From Octopus sinensis (lineage: Eukaryota), in NCBI RefSeq assembly GCF_006345805.1, contig NC_042997.1:114824001-114888000 (forward strand): a stretch of 64,000 bases of DNA, written 5' to 3'. Below, one piece after another: positions 53,860 through 64,000 of the stretch. The notes below the pieces were generated by a model that was not told where the DNA came from, did no database searches, and worked only from the letters and a program-made list of their open reading frames with translations. The stretch's first letter is position 1, and every line of letters begins with the position of its first letter. Made by a program: the position numbers and the translations under genes.

Positions 53860-54095
53860 AGGCCCTGCTCAATCTGTAGAAAAGGTGTAGGTAGAAACTT
53901 TATGCGATGCACTCAGTGTAAGCTTTGGAAACATAAATGGTGCAACATCAGAGGAAGGTTAACAGGGAAACTTAGGTATGTGGAAGGTGCACAGATACAA
54001 TAAATGCTGAAAATGTGCAGAAAATAGACTCTATCAACTACCAGGAGGGCAAGCTGGTGGTAGTAGATAGCTTCCGTTATCTAGGTGACCAAGTT
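53860..54095 (+). mobile_element. RTE RT fragment containing a PHD-type zinc finger
   Basis: PCSIC-x10-CTQC-x4-HKWC...CGRC (one frameshift), then VDSFRYLGDQV, as in the 16-kb RTE. Confidence 0.75.
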
Positions 54096-55814
54096 CCTTT
54101 CGAGTATTGGGCCTCATGAAGGCAATGACCAAGACCTTTCGCATTATGTCATGCTTGAGAAGACCCATCAAGCCAAGCAAAATCACAGTTGTGGCATGTT
54201 AATGCACCCACGACACTCTCAGAGTGGTTGGCATGAGGTAGTGCATCCAGCCATAGAAAACCATGCCAAATCAGTCTGGAGCCCAGTCAAACCATCCAGC
54301 CCATGCAAGCATGGACAACAGACATTAAATGATGTTGATGATTTCTTTTATGAAGCTCGGCATCTTGATATTGGTCTTCATGCCTTTCTGGGTTTCTCTC
54401 TTCTTCAGGTTCCATCCACTTTGAGCACTCTGCACTCCTTTATACAACTGTCATCTTTCATATACATCATATTCCATGACAGTCTTCTCTCTTGCTCACC
54501 ACATTTAATTCTTTCTTCTCTTATTCTTTTACTTGTTTCAGTCATTTGACTGCAGCCATGCTGGAGCACCACCTTTATTCGAGCAAATCAACCCCAGGAC
54601 TTATTTTTTGTAAGCCTAGTACCTATTCTATCAGTCTCTTTTGCTGAACTGCTAAATTACTGGGATGTAAACACACCAGCATCGGTTGTCAAGTGATGGT
54701 GGGGGGACAAACACGGGGACACACACACACACATGACGGGCTTCTTTCAGTCTCCATTTACAAAATCCACTCACAAGGCTTTGGTCAGCCTGAGCCTATA
54801 GTAGAAGACACCTGCCCAAGGTGCCATGCACTGGGAATGAATCTGGAACCATGTGGTTGGTAAGCAAGCTACGTACCACACAGCCACCCCTTCTTATATT
54901 CAGTTTTCCTAACAGCTCGTTTGTGTTCTGTCCTTCATGTATACCAGTATTTATTTCTTTTTAGCTATTGCACATCCCTTACACTCAGAATGTCAAATAA
55001 AGTGAGTTCACAGCTGTTTCGCATAACCAGCCCCAGCCCATTCAAAATTACCTTGGATCGTAGGGCTACCTGCTGTGCTTGAGGAGACCTATTGAGTCCA
55101 GTACATCAACATCAAAATTAAAATCAAATGGAAGTTGTAATTGTGATACACGTGCCGGTGGCATTTAAGAAGCACCATCCGAACGTGCCCAATGCACGCG
55201 CTGCCTTGACTGGCTTCCATGCCAGTGGCATATAAAAAGCACCAACTGATCGTAACCATTGCCAGCCTCCTCTGGCTCATATGCTGGTGGCATGTAAAAT
55301 GCACCCACTACATTCACGGAGTGGTTGGTGTTAGGAAAGGCATCCAGCTGTAGAAACACTGCCAGATCAGAATGGAGCCTGGCTTCCCAGACCCCGGTTG
55401 AAATGTCCAACCCATGCTAGCATGGAAAATGGATGTTAAACGATGATGATGATATCTTTCACACACATGGGCACAGGATGTCACCAACTGTGCAAACATG
55501 AAATATGTAAACAAACAAGTTAAATATGCAAGCAACGAGAGGAAAAAATGGAAAACAGGACAAGCAAACACAGAGAATGACCCCTCACCAGTTGTCAGCC
55601 ACCAACCTACTCCCCATTTTGAACATTCAACAGCAAATGTTTTATTTATATATATATATATATGCAGTGGGCTTCTTTCAGTTTCTATCTGACAAATCTG
55701 TTTACAAGGCTTTGGTTGTCCCGAGGCTATAGTAGAAGACACTTGCCCAAGGTGTCATGCAGTGGGACTGGACCTGGAACTACTTACCACACAGCCACTC
55801 CTGTGCCTAAAGTT

Positions 55815-56720
55815 TTTCTCCAGCCTGTTCTTACTCTGCTTGCTGTTCTTTTAGAATACCACCTCCACTGCTAATAAGGATCCCCTCTTTAACAGAAGCA
55901 GTCAACTAATTCTAGGGACCCATCTTGGCATTTGAGGGAATCCAGTTCATGTGTGCTCTTATTACTTATTGCTCTTGGGCATCTGCCACATACAAAGTCT
56001 CTGTCAACCTACCTGTGATCTTATTAGATCTCTTGTGTGTTCATAGCATAATACACTGGGTACATTGTATGCAATTTCATCCTATTGAGCTCAGTTATTT
56101 CCCTGAAGTAGGACTCTTTGTCTTTGCTAAGTTTATTTTGGGGCCACTTGGTTCTTGGTTTTGCTTATATGTCTGGAATTTCTCTTTTAATACTACTACA
56201 GATTCACCTACAAGAACTAGGTCATCAGCATATAGAATTCCCATGGATGGCTTGTTTTAAACTCTTTTGATTTGGCCAGGAAGAGAGTATTGTGGTAAAC
56301 AGCAGGAAGCTGAGGATTGAACCCTGGTTTGACTCCTATCTGTGTGCTAAAATTGTCAGTCTATTCATTACTAACTCTTTGTCTTGCTTATTTCATCTCT
56401 GTACATGGCTTGCATTACTCTCATACACCATTCACCTATCTCTAGTTTCCTTAGCAATCAACAGATCAGTGTGTGGAACTTTGCCAAACCCGTCCGTCTC
56501 CAGGTTGACAAATACTAGGTACAATAATTTAGTCTAAAGTCAATTTGGTGCAGTTGTCTCTTTGGAGACAACTGCAACTATATGACACTGTAATGCATCT
56601 CATTTCAAGTTATTTTGTTCCTCACCAGTTGTGCTATAACACTTTCCATAACTTCTGTGACTTGGTCCACCAACTACCATGCTTTCTCTTTCTTGTACAT
56701 CTTCTATCCCCTTCAAACAG
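55815..56720 (-). mobile_element. Decayed RTE RT fragment with PHD remnant
   Basis: YADDLVLVGES...KINLAKTK...CIQCTQC...THKRS...CGRC...LELVDCF across frameshifts. Confidence 0.75.
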
Positions 56721-56778
56721 TTGATAATGATAGTATTAACGATAGACGGTAGGTCTAAGCATATCAAATTATAGATAA

Positions 56779-57105
56779 CTAGCAGTATCGCCCGGCGTTG
56801 CTCAGGTTTGTTTCGATCCTTTAGAATTGGAATTTTTGAAAAGTAAAATTTTGCATTATGTAGCTTGTTATTCTCTTTAAGTGAACATTTTTCTGGTTAA
56901 AATACACCAAAAAATGGCAACACAGCAGTCAAAAAAATCGTAATAAATAGGGATTTTCATAGAAAAAAGCACCTTTTTGATGTAAATAATTTACATACTC
57001 TCAATTTTGGTCAACTTGCGCCACAGGGTCTCGGAGGAGATAGTGTTAATTGAAGGCTACCAAACCTGCCATACACAAACAACTTCAGCTTTATATATAG
57101 AGAGA
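56779..57105 (-). mobile_element. Non-autonomous Helitron
   Basis: Minus strand: A|TC 5' end, GC-rich subterminal hairpin remnant (CTGAGCAACGCCGGG), CTAG|T 3' end. Confidence 0.75.
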
Positions 57106-57369
57106 TTGAGTTGGCAAAGTCTACAGTTCTATAAACTGTAAGCTGGTGTTTGAAGTAGAATTTTAGTCAGAGGGAATTGGTGTTTGATAGAAGTAGTGGT
57201 TTTCAGTTAATCATCACTAGTGTAAACATACATATACTTATGGTGAACCCAGTGTATGACAGGTACATGTACTAGTAAAATATTCTTTTCTTATTTTAGC
57301 ACAAGGCCAGCAATTTTGACAGGTGAGTAAGTTGATTACACTGACCCCCAGCACTCGGCTGGTATTTAA

Positions 57370-57662
57370 TACAGTTCTATATTTAAGAGATGAAGAATTA
57401 TTTACATTTGACAGATATTTGTCCTCATCTTGTTTGTTGTTAACACAACATTTCGGCTGATATACCCTCCAGCCTTCATCAGGTGTCTTGGGGATTCCAA
57501 GCAGTGACCTGAATAATAATGATATCAAAAAATACCTTAGGAATGAGAACCGAGGCTTGAAATTTCCCCAAGACACCTGATGAAGGCTGGTGGGCATATC
57601 AGCTGAAACGTTGTGTTAACGACAAACAAGATGAGGACAAATATCTGTCAAATGTAAATAAT
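57370..57662 (+). mobile_element. Hammerhead-SINE: inverted tail, 5'-truncated head, (AAT)n, forward tail
   Basis: Near-consensus ribozymes at 57442-57487 (-) and 57572-57617 (+). Flanks TGGTATTTA / TGGTGTTTA. Confidence 0.8.
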
Positions 57663-59294
57663 GGTGTTTATTTTATCGAACCCGAAGGATGAAAGACAAA
57701 GTTGATCTTGGTGGAATTTGAATTTAGAGCATAAAGACAGATGAAATGCTGCTAAGCATTTTGTCTGGCATGTTAATGATTCTGCCAGCTTGCTGTCTTT
57801 CTAGTAACTAGTAACAGTTGCAAGAATGGCTCTGTGGTAAAAAGCTTGCTTCCTAACCACAGTGTTCCGGGTTCAGTCCAACCGCATGGCACCTTGGGCA
57901 AGTGTTTTCTGCTATAGCCTTGGGCTAACCTAAGCCTTGTGAGTGGATTTGGTAGGCGGAAACTGAAAGAAACCTTTCGTGTGTGTATGTATATATCAAA
58001 ATAGATCAACATCAATGGAAATTGTAGCTGAAATACCAGTGCCGGTGGCACGTTAGAAAACCATCCGAACGTAGTCGTTGCCGCCCCGACTGGCCTCCGT
58101 GCCGGTGGCACGTAAAAAGCACCATCCGATCATGGCCGTTGCCAGCCTTGCCTGGCCTCCGTGCCGGTGGCACGTAAAAAGCACCCACTACACTCTCGGA
58201 GTGGTTGGCGTTAGGAAGGGCATCCAGCTGTAGAAGCATTGCCAAATCAGACTGGGCCTGGTGCAGCCTTCTGGCTTCCCAGACCCCAGTTGAACCGTCC
58301 AACTCATGCTAGCATGGAAAGCGGACGCTAAACGATGATGATGATGTGTGTGTCTGTTTGTCTCCCCACCATTGTTTGACAACCAACGTTGGTATGTTTA
58401 CATCCCTATAACTTAATGGCTCGACAAAAGAGACTGATAGAATAAGTACTAGGCTTACAAAGAATAAGTCCTGGGGTTGATTTACTCGACTAAAGGTGGT
58501 GCCCCAGCATGACCTCAGTCAAATGACTGATACCAATAAAAGAAAGGAAGAATAAAAGAATATGCTTATGTCTACCCTTAAAGTAAAACCAGTGGAACAC
58601 TTGGGTACATTTGTCATTGCCAGCAAATAAACAGCCTTGGTCATGTCTCCTTTGATCCAGCTGAGCATCTCAGAACAGCTGAAGCGAGAGTGTATTATAC
58701 TCATTACACTTGAGTAAGCTGGAGGAATGTGAAGTGAAGGACCTTGCTTAAGAACCAACTCTAATAATATTTGAAATTTTTTTCTTTTTTTTTTTCAATT
58801 GATAGTGTTTGAAGATTTATTACTTATCTAGAAGCAGCAATGACTCGTCACAATACTAGAAGTTAAATGTGTTGTGAGGCTGTTTTAATTATTAGATATA
58901 AAGATAGTGAAAATATGGAAATTGTTGTTCCCTGTTGTAAACTCTGGCTGGAAGAATTAACCTCAGCTTAACTGTAGCACTGATTGGAGTCTGGTGGATG
59001 ATAGGTGTGGGTAAATAACTCTTTAGAGCAGTTTTGGCCAGTGTATGCGTGTGTGCAAGATGTTGCAAGCAAGGCCAAGATTGGCAGCAAGTTGAATGAA
59101 AAGTTTATGGTACAGGCAAATATTTACCAAAACTCTTGGATTCCGTCTATTCATGACATTTTTACCTAAAAATTTGGTTTAAAGTCCAAAAGGGCAACAT
59201 GACAAAACAAAGAAAAAGTATTAATTTGGAACATTCAATTCTATATTTGGGACATAAGGAATTTATATTATGTATACTGTTTATATTATTTGAA

Positions 59295-59370
59295 CCGGTG
59301 TCCTCATCTTAATTGTTGCTTTCACTCTGTTTCGGCTCTTGTATGCTCCAGCCTTCTTCAGGTGACTTGC
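59295..59370 (-). mobile_element. Remnant of a further hammerhead-bearing family
   Basis: Minus strand reads TCAC CTGAAGA A GGCT..AGCC GAAAC AGA GTGA...GATGAGGACA. The cleavage triplet is degenerate. Confidence 0.5.
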
Positions 59371-60359
59371 GTTGAATTCAGTTGTATTGGAATTTTGAGC
59401 CTTACCCTTTATTTGATCCATGGGGTTACATTGTTCTTACTCTACTAATGCTTTACCTGGAGTTGAACTTAGAACCTCTAGGTGACTGCACTACCTTAAC
59501 CAACATTTTTATCTACTACACTATGCCTATAGGCATAGCATTATAGATAAAGACCTTACTTAAGGCACAAGGACTCTATCTTAAGGGCTTGTGGCACCAC
59601 GAGTCCTTATGAGAAATCCTCTCGAGGTAAGTAAAGCAGTATTCTGTGTTCTTACACAACCTCCATGTTAAGTCAGAGATCAAGATTACCACTCACACAC
59701 ACGTATATATCTGTCTGTCTGTCTCTCTCTCTCTCATCATCGTCAATTAATGCCTGTTGTCCATGCTGGCATGGGTTGAATGGTTTGACCAGGGCTGGTA
59801 AGTTGAGGAGCTGCACCAGACTTCAGTCTGATTTGACATGGTTTCTATGGCTGGATGCCTTTCTTAATGCAACCACTCCAAGCATGTCGTGGGTGCTTTT
59901 ACGTTCCATCAGCACAAGTATCAGTTTGCACAACACCCATATCTGCCACGACTACGATTTCACTTGGCTTGAGATGACAAAAGCATAAATGATTACCTTG
60001 TCAACTTCATTGGCTTACAGTAGTTTCTGCTGCAAGATGCAGTGGACTCATAGTTTTGTTTTCTTGTCACTCTATACTGGACTAATGCTTAATTCTGAAG
60101 CATATGTTTACTGAGTTCTACACTAGGTTATTAGTCTTGTAAAGCCTAAAAGAAGTGTGTGTGTGTATGCATAGACTTATGGACAGCTAGAACATTTTCT
60201 GGTTGTTATCTGTAAAGTATACATGGATAGGGAAGTAGTTGTGGAGAGAAAGTATTCAACACTATGTTTAATGCAGAATAGAATAGGAATGATAGAGAAG
60301 CAGATATATTTACGTGGAAGTAGTGGGCAGTTTGCTAGAGAAGAAGCTGTTATTGTAAC

Positions 60360-60809
60360 TGTATAAAAACATTATTTACATTTGACGGATATTTGTCCTC
60401 ATTTTGTTTGTTAACACAACGTTTCGTCTGATATACCCTCCAGCCTTCATCAGGTATCTTGGGGAAATTTCGAACCTGGGTTCCCATTCCTAAGGTATTT
60501 TTCAATGTTATATCCCCATGGGCATATGGCATAGTGGTTGAGAGCGTGGGCTACTAACCCCAAGATTCCAAGTTTGATTCCAAGCAGTGACCTGAATAAG
60601 AGTAATAATAATTAATAACATTGAAAAATACCTTAGGAATGAAAACACAGGTTCAAAATTTCCCCCAAGACACCTGGTGAAGGCTGGAGGGTATATCAGC
60701 CGAAACTTTGTGTTAACAACAAACAAGATGAGGACAAATACCTGTCAAACGTAAATAATGTAAATGTACATAATTCTTCGTCTCTTAAATATTGAAGTGT
60801 ATAAAAACA
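60360..60809 (+). mobile_element. Most complete hammerhead-SINE locus: inverted tail, full head, linker, forward tail
   Basis: Ribozymes at 60413-60458 (-) and 60669-60714 (+). 12-bp direct repeat TGTATAAAAACA at 60360-60371 and 60798-60809. Confidence 0.85.
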
Positions 60810-61439
60810 GTACATCTGGAGCTAGTGGGTGGGTTGCCTCGGGTTGGCCTTGAATGTGCAGACTTGTGATTTGACACCCAAGTCATAAGAAGATAGTGGG
60901 GGGTGGGGCTCATTCCAACCATGATCCCTGTGTCTTATTTAAGTAGCATATCCAGGAGAGCTCGACTTGATATTGCCCTCCCTTTATAAAATGGCAGGTT
61001 GGGTTTGCAGGGAAATTTCGCAACCCTGAGAGGTAGGTCTCCCGCCATTTATTCTGGATCTAAGGGTTGCAATGTGTTGTGTCTGTTTATAGAAAGAATT
61101 CAGATGCATGTAGTATCCAGGATGTGGTTGACACATGAGATGGTCAGCTCAGGAAACTACTAATGTAAGGAAACTACTGTCTTGTTTATTTTGTTTGTTT
61201 TCTTTAATTCATTGCATTTTTTTTTTGTCTTTACTAAGATCCGTTCAGCTTTAATCTAATCAAACATTTAGTCAACCACATTTCAATTTGAAGTGTTATT
61301 TTTATAAGTGGGCACTTTGTCCAGGAAATGTAGGTTCTGGAGGGAATGTTTTCATGATTTTCTCTTAGTGACATTTTTCTTAGATAGAATGTAAGTGTTG
61401 AATGAATGATTTCAATAAATGAATACATTACTTTGAGTG

Positions 61440-61476
<37 letters not shown>

Positions 61477-61716
61477 ATTTTTAAGAGCCTGCCCTAATTA
61501 TATGCTTCTTAGACAACTTATTTTTAACCATGGCACAGACTCCTTTATCATTATAAAAGTTAGCCAATGTTGCCAATTCTGTTGTTTAGCATCTCATTAA
61601 GGGACAGATAGTGGTGTTAAAATGGGCTGATATTCCTTTATCCAATAAGAATAATAATAAGTAACAACAAAAGAATGAGACCTCAATTTTAGAGAAATAG
61701 AGGATTATTTTTATGT

Positions 61717-61911
61717 TATAATTTAGAACAAACAGCAAAAGGTTGTCATTATAGGACTCAGAATTTCAACTGTTGGAGCGAAGAGCTATGATACCTTCTC
61801 GGCTATTAATGGCCATTAATAACCAACAAGAATGTATCATAGCTCTTCGCCCCGACATTTGAAACTCCAAGTCCTATAACGACAACCTTTTACTATTTGT
61901 TCTAAGTTATA
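61717..61911. repeat. Imperfect loop-less hairpin of about 195 bp centred on ATTAATGGCCATTAAT
   Basis: Arms are complementary with scattered mismatches. Confidence 0.8.
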
Positions 61912-61914
61912 TAT

Positions 61915-62570
61915 ATCATCATCATCATCATCGTTTAATGTCCGCTTTCCATGCTAGCATGGGTTGGACGATTTGACTGAGGTCTGGCAAACCAGATGGC
62001 TGCACCAGACTCCAGTCTGATCTGGCAGAGTTTCTACCACTGGATGCCCTTCCTAATGCCAACCACTCCAAGAGTGTAGTGGGTGCTTTTACGTGCCACA
62101 AGCATGAGGGCCAGTCAGGCGGTACTGGCAATGGCCATGCTCAAATGGTGCTTTTTATGTGCCACCTGCACAGTGCCAGTAAGGCAATGCAGGTAACGAT
62201 CACACTCGAATGGTGCTTTTTTACGTGCCATCAGCACAGATGCCAGTTTGTTGCTCTAGCAATGATCACAGCCGGATGGTGCTCTTAGTGCTCCACTAGC
62301 ACGGATGCCAGTCATTGAATTTGATTTCAATTTCACTTGCCTCAACAGGTCTTCGCAAGCAGAATTTAGTGTCCAATGAAAGAAAGGTACGCATAAGTGG
62401 ACTGGTTACACCTCTGGCATAGGCCACAAGGTTATGGTCTCACTTGCACTTGCCAAGTCTTCTCAAGCACAGCATATTTCCAAAGGTCCTGGTCACTAGT
62501 CATTGCCTCGGTAAGGCCCAATGTTCGAAGGTCATGCTTCACCACCTCATCCCAGGTCTTCCTGGGGGTC
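61915..62570 (-). mobile_element. RTE ORF end plus full 3' UTR with about 4 monomers
   Basis: Same order on the minus strand: ORF end, monomers, AGGAAGGGCATCCAG core, (GAT)n. Confidence 0.8.
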
Positions 62571-62619
62571 TACCTCTTCTTTCTCTCTCTCTCTCTCTAT
62601 ATATATATAGTTGGAAAAT

Positions 62620-62935
62620 ATTGTTATAGGTATAAATATACCATAAATGATTATAGAAAAATGGAGAAAAAGATGTTGAATCAAAATTAGATTTAATACA
62701 AAATAGGATTCAATACATATGTGCATTTCAAAGGACAATGCAAATATGTAAGAAAAAAATTATAACCATAGTAATTATAAATTTATGCATTGATGAAAAT
62801 GACAATGCATAAATTTACTTTTAATTATAATTACTATGGTTTGAAATGCGCGTATGTATTGAATCCTATTTTGTATCAAATCTAATTTTGATTCAACATC
62901 TTTTTCTCCTCCATTTTTATACCTGTAACGATATT
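62620..62935. repeat. Nested fold-back element
   Basis: GGAGAAAAAGATGTTGAATCAAAATTAGATTT..CAAAATAGGATTCAATACAT is mirrored at 62845-62915, with inner hairpins. Confidence 0.7.
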
Positions 62936-63168
62936 TTTTAACTATTATTTTCATATTCTTATTACTTGCTCTGGCTGTTTTTTATGAATATGATGAATCT
63001 TTATTAGAAATCATTCTTTCTCTCCTTTGGGACCTCTCAAAAAGTTTGTATTGTTCTCTTTTGATCTTATTTTTTCCCCCATATATATATATCTAATATA
63101 GGATAAAATTTTCAAAAAAAATTTTATCAATGGCCAGCATATTAAAAAAATACCTTTAAAGGTTAAAT

Positions 63169-63468
63169 TTATAAACAAGGGCAAAAGAAAAAAAATTCCA
63201 ATGCCAAATATGCCGAAAATACACTTAATCATCAATAACCATATAATTTATCACTATAAGCACATATCTATCGCTGATGACGAGAAAATTCTAAATGAAT
63301 TAGCTCAGAAATTGGGACCGATCTGATAATAACGAAATTTTTTAGAAATTTCTATTGGCTTGCTTTCGAGATGTGTGCTTATAGTAATAAATTATATGGT
63401 TATTGACGATTAAGTCTATTTTCGGCATATTTGGCATTGGAAATTTTTTCTTTTGCCGTTGTTTATAA
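63169..63468. repeat. Fold-back element, about 100-bp arms; one arm also at about 7215-7325
   Basis: Arms 63169-63269 / 63369-63468, adjacent to (TA)n. Confidence 0.75.
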
Positions 63469-63476
63469 GTTGTGTA

Positions 63477-63519
<43 letters not shown>

Positions 63520-64000
63520 AAGATTCAACCCAACATTTCCTCTGTATGTTGTAAAAAGGTAACTAAAAGAAAGCAGTGGTAGTAGGACTTGCATTCAGAC
63601 CTCATAAAATCCTCACAAGCAATGACTGCCCAAACAGACCTATGGGTTGCAGGGTTGTCGTCTGAGTGGCGTAGGAGTGTCCTCCTCCAGGAGTAGTAGG
63701 GAATCTCCAACAAATGATGGATGCAGCGATGCACTTTTACAGCACATTCCTGCATACTGCTACTATTACTTCCACTATTACTACCACTACATCCACTACT
63801 ACTAGGTCAAACAACAGTTATATGGAATTGGTGATATTAAGCGTACTTCAAGAATACTGTTCATCATCATTATTTTTAATTTGGGTCACCCTTCTCCTTG
63901 GCCAGAGAGCTGTGTCTCTTTTGTCCTCTTTCAATTGGCTTAGCCTCTACAGCCAGATGCCCTTCCTAATGCCAACAATCTTACAGAGTGCACTGTGATT

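Noticed and set aside
63270-63368. CTGATGA in the loop of the 63-kb fold-back
   Set aside because: No properly placed stem II-GAAA-stem III.
43640-64000. Downstream ZNRF exons (CPVC zinc finger, RING)
   Set aside because: No matching reading frame with splice sites was seen; Cys-rich segments at 53.9 and 56.0 kb belong to RTE elements.

Overview
AT-rich, repeat-saturated animal genomic DNA. The SINE, RTE and microsatellite repertoire is most consistent with an octopus genome (inference from repeat sequences, no search run). Only one host gene is supported: the first coding exon of a ZNRF1/ZNRF2-family E3 ubiquitin ligase (43275-43638, +), with a CpG/motif-rich promoter near 42.15-42.2 kb and a first coding intron that runs past the window end. 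The rest is mostly nested mobile DNA: three tRNA-derived SINE families, RTE LINE fragments (one family has a PHD finger inside the RT), an R4/Dong fragment, Tc1/mariner relics, a non-autonomous Helitron and many fold-back elements. The main unexpected signal is a set of minimal type-I hammerhead ribozymes of the kind known from Penelope-like elements. Ten copies belong to a composite element (tRNA-like Pol III head + (AAT)n linker + hammerhead tail) that integrates with Penelope-style inverted or tandem tails. A second hammerhead, with a compensatory U3-A8 core pair, sits in the loop of a perfect 163-bp inverted repeat. Nearly all ORFs in the supplied track are microsatellite or SINE artefacts. 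Repeat coordinates were read by eye and are approximate.
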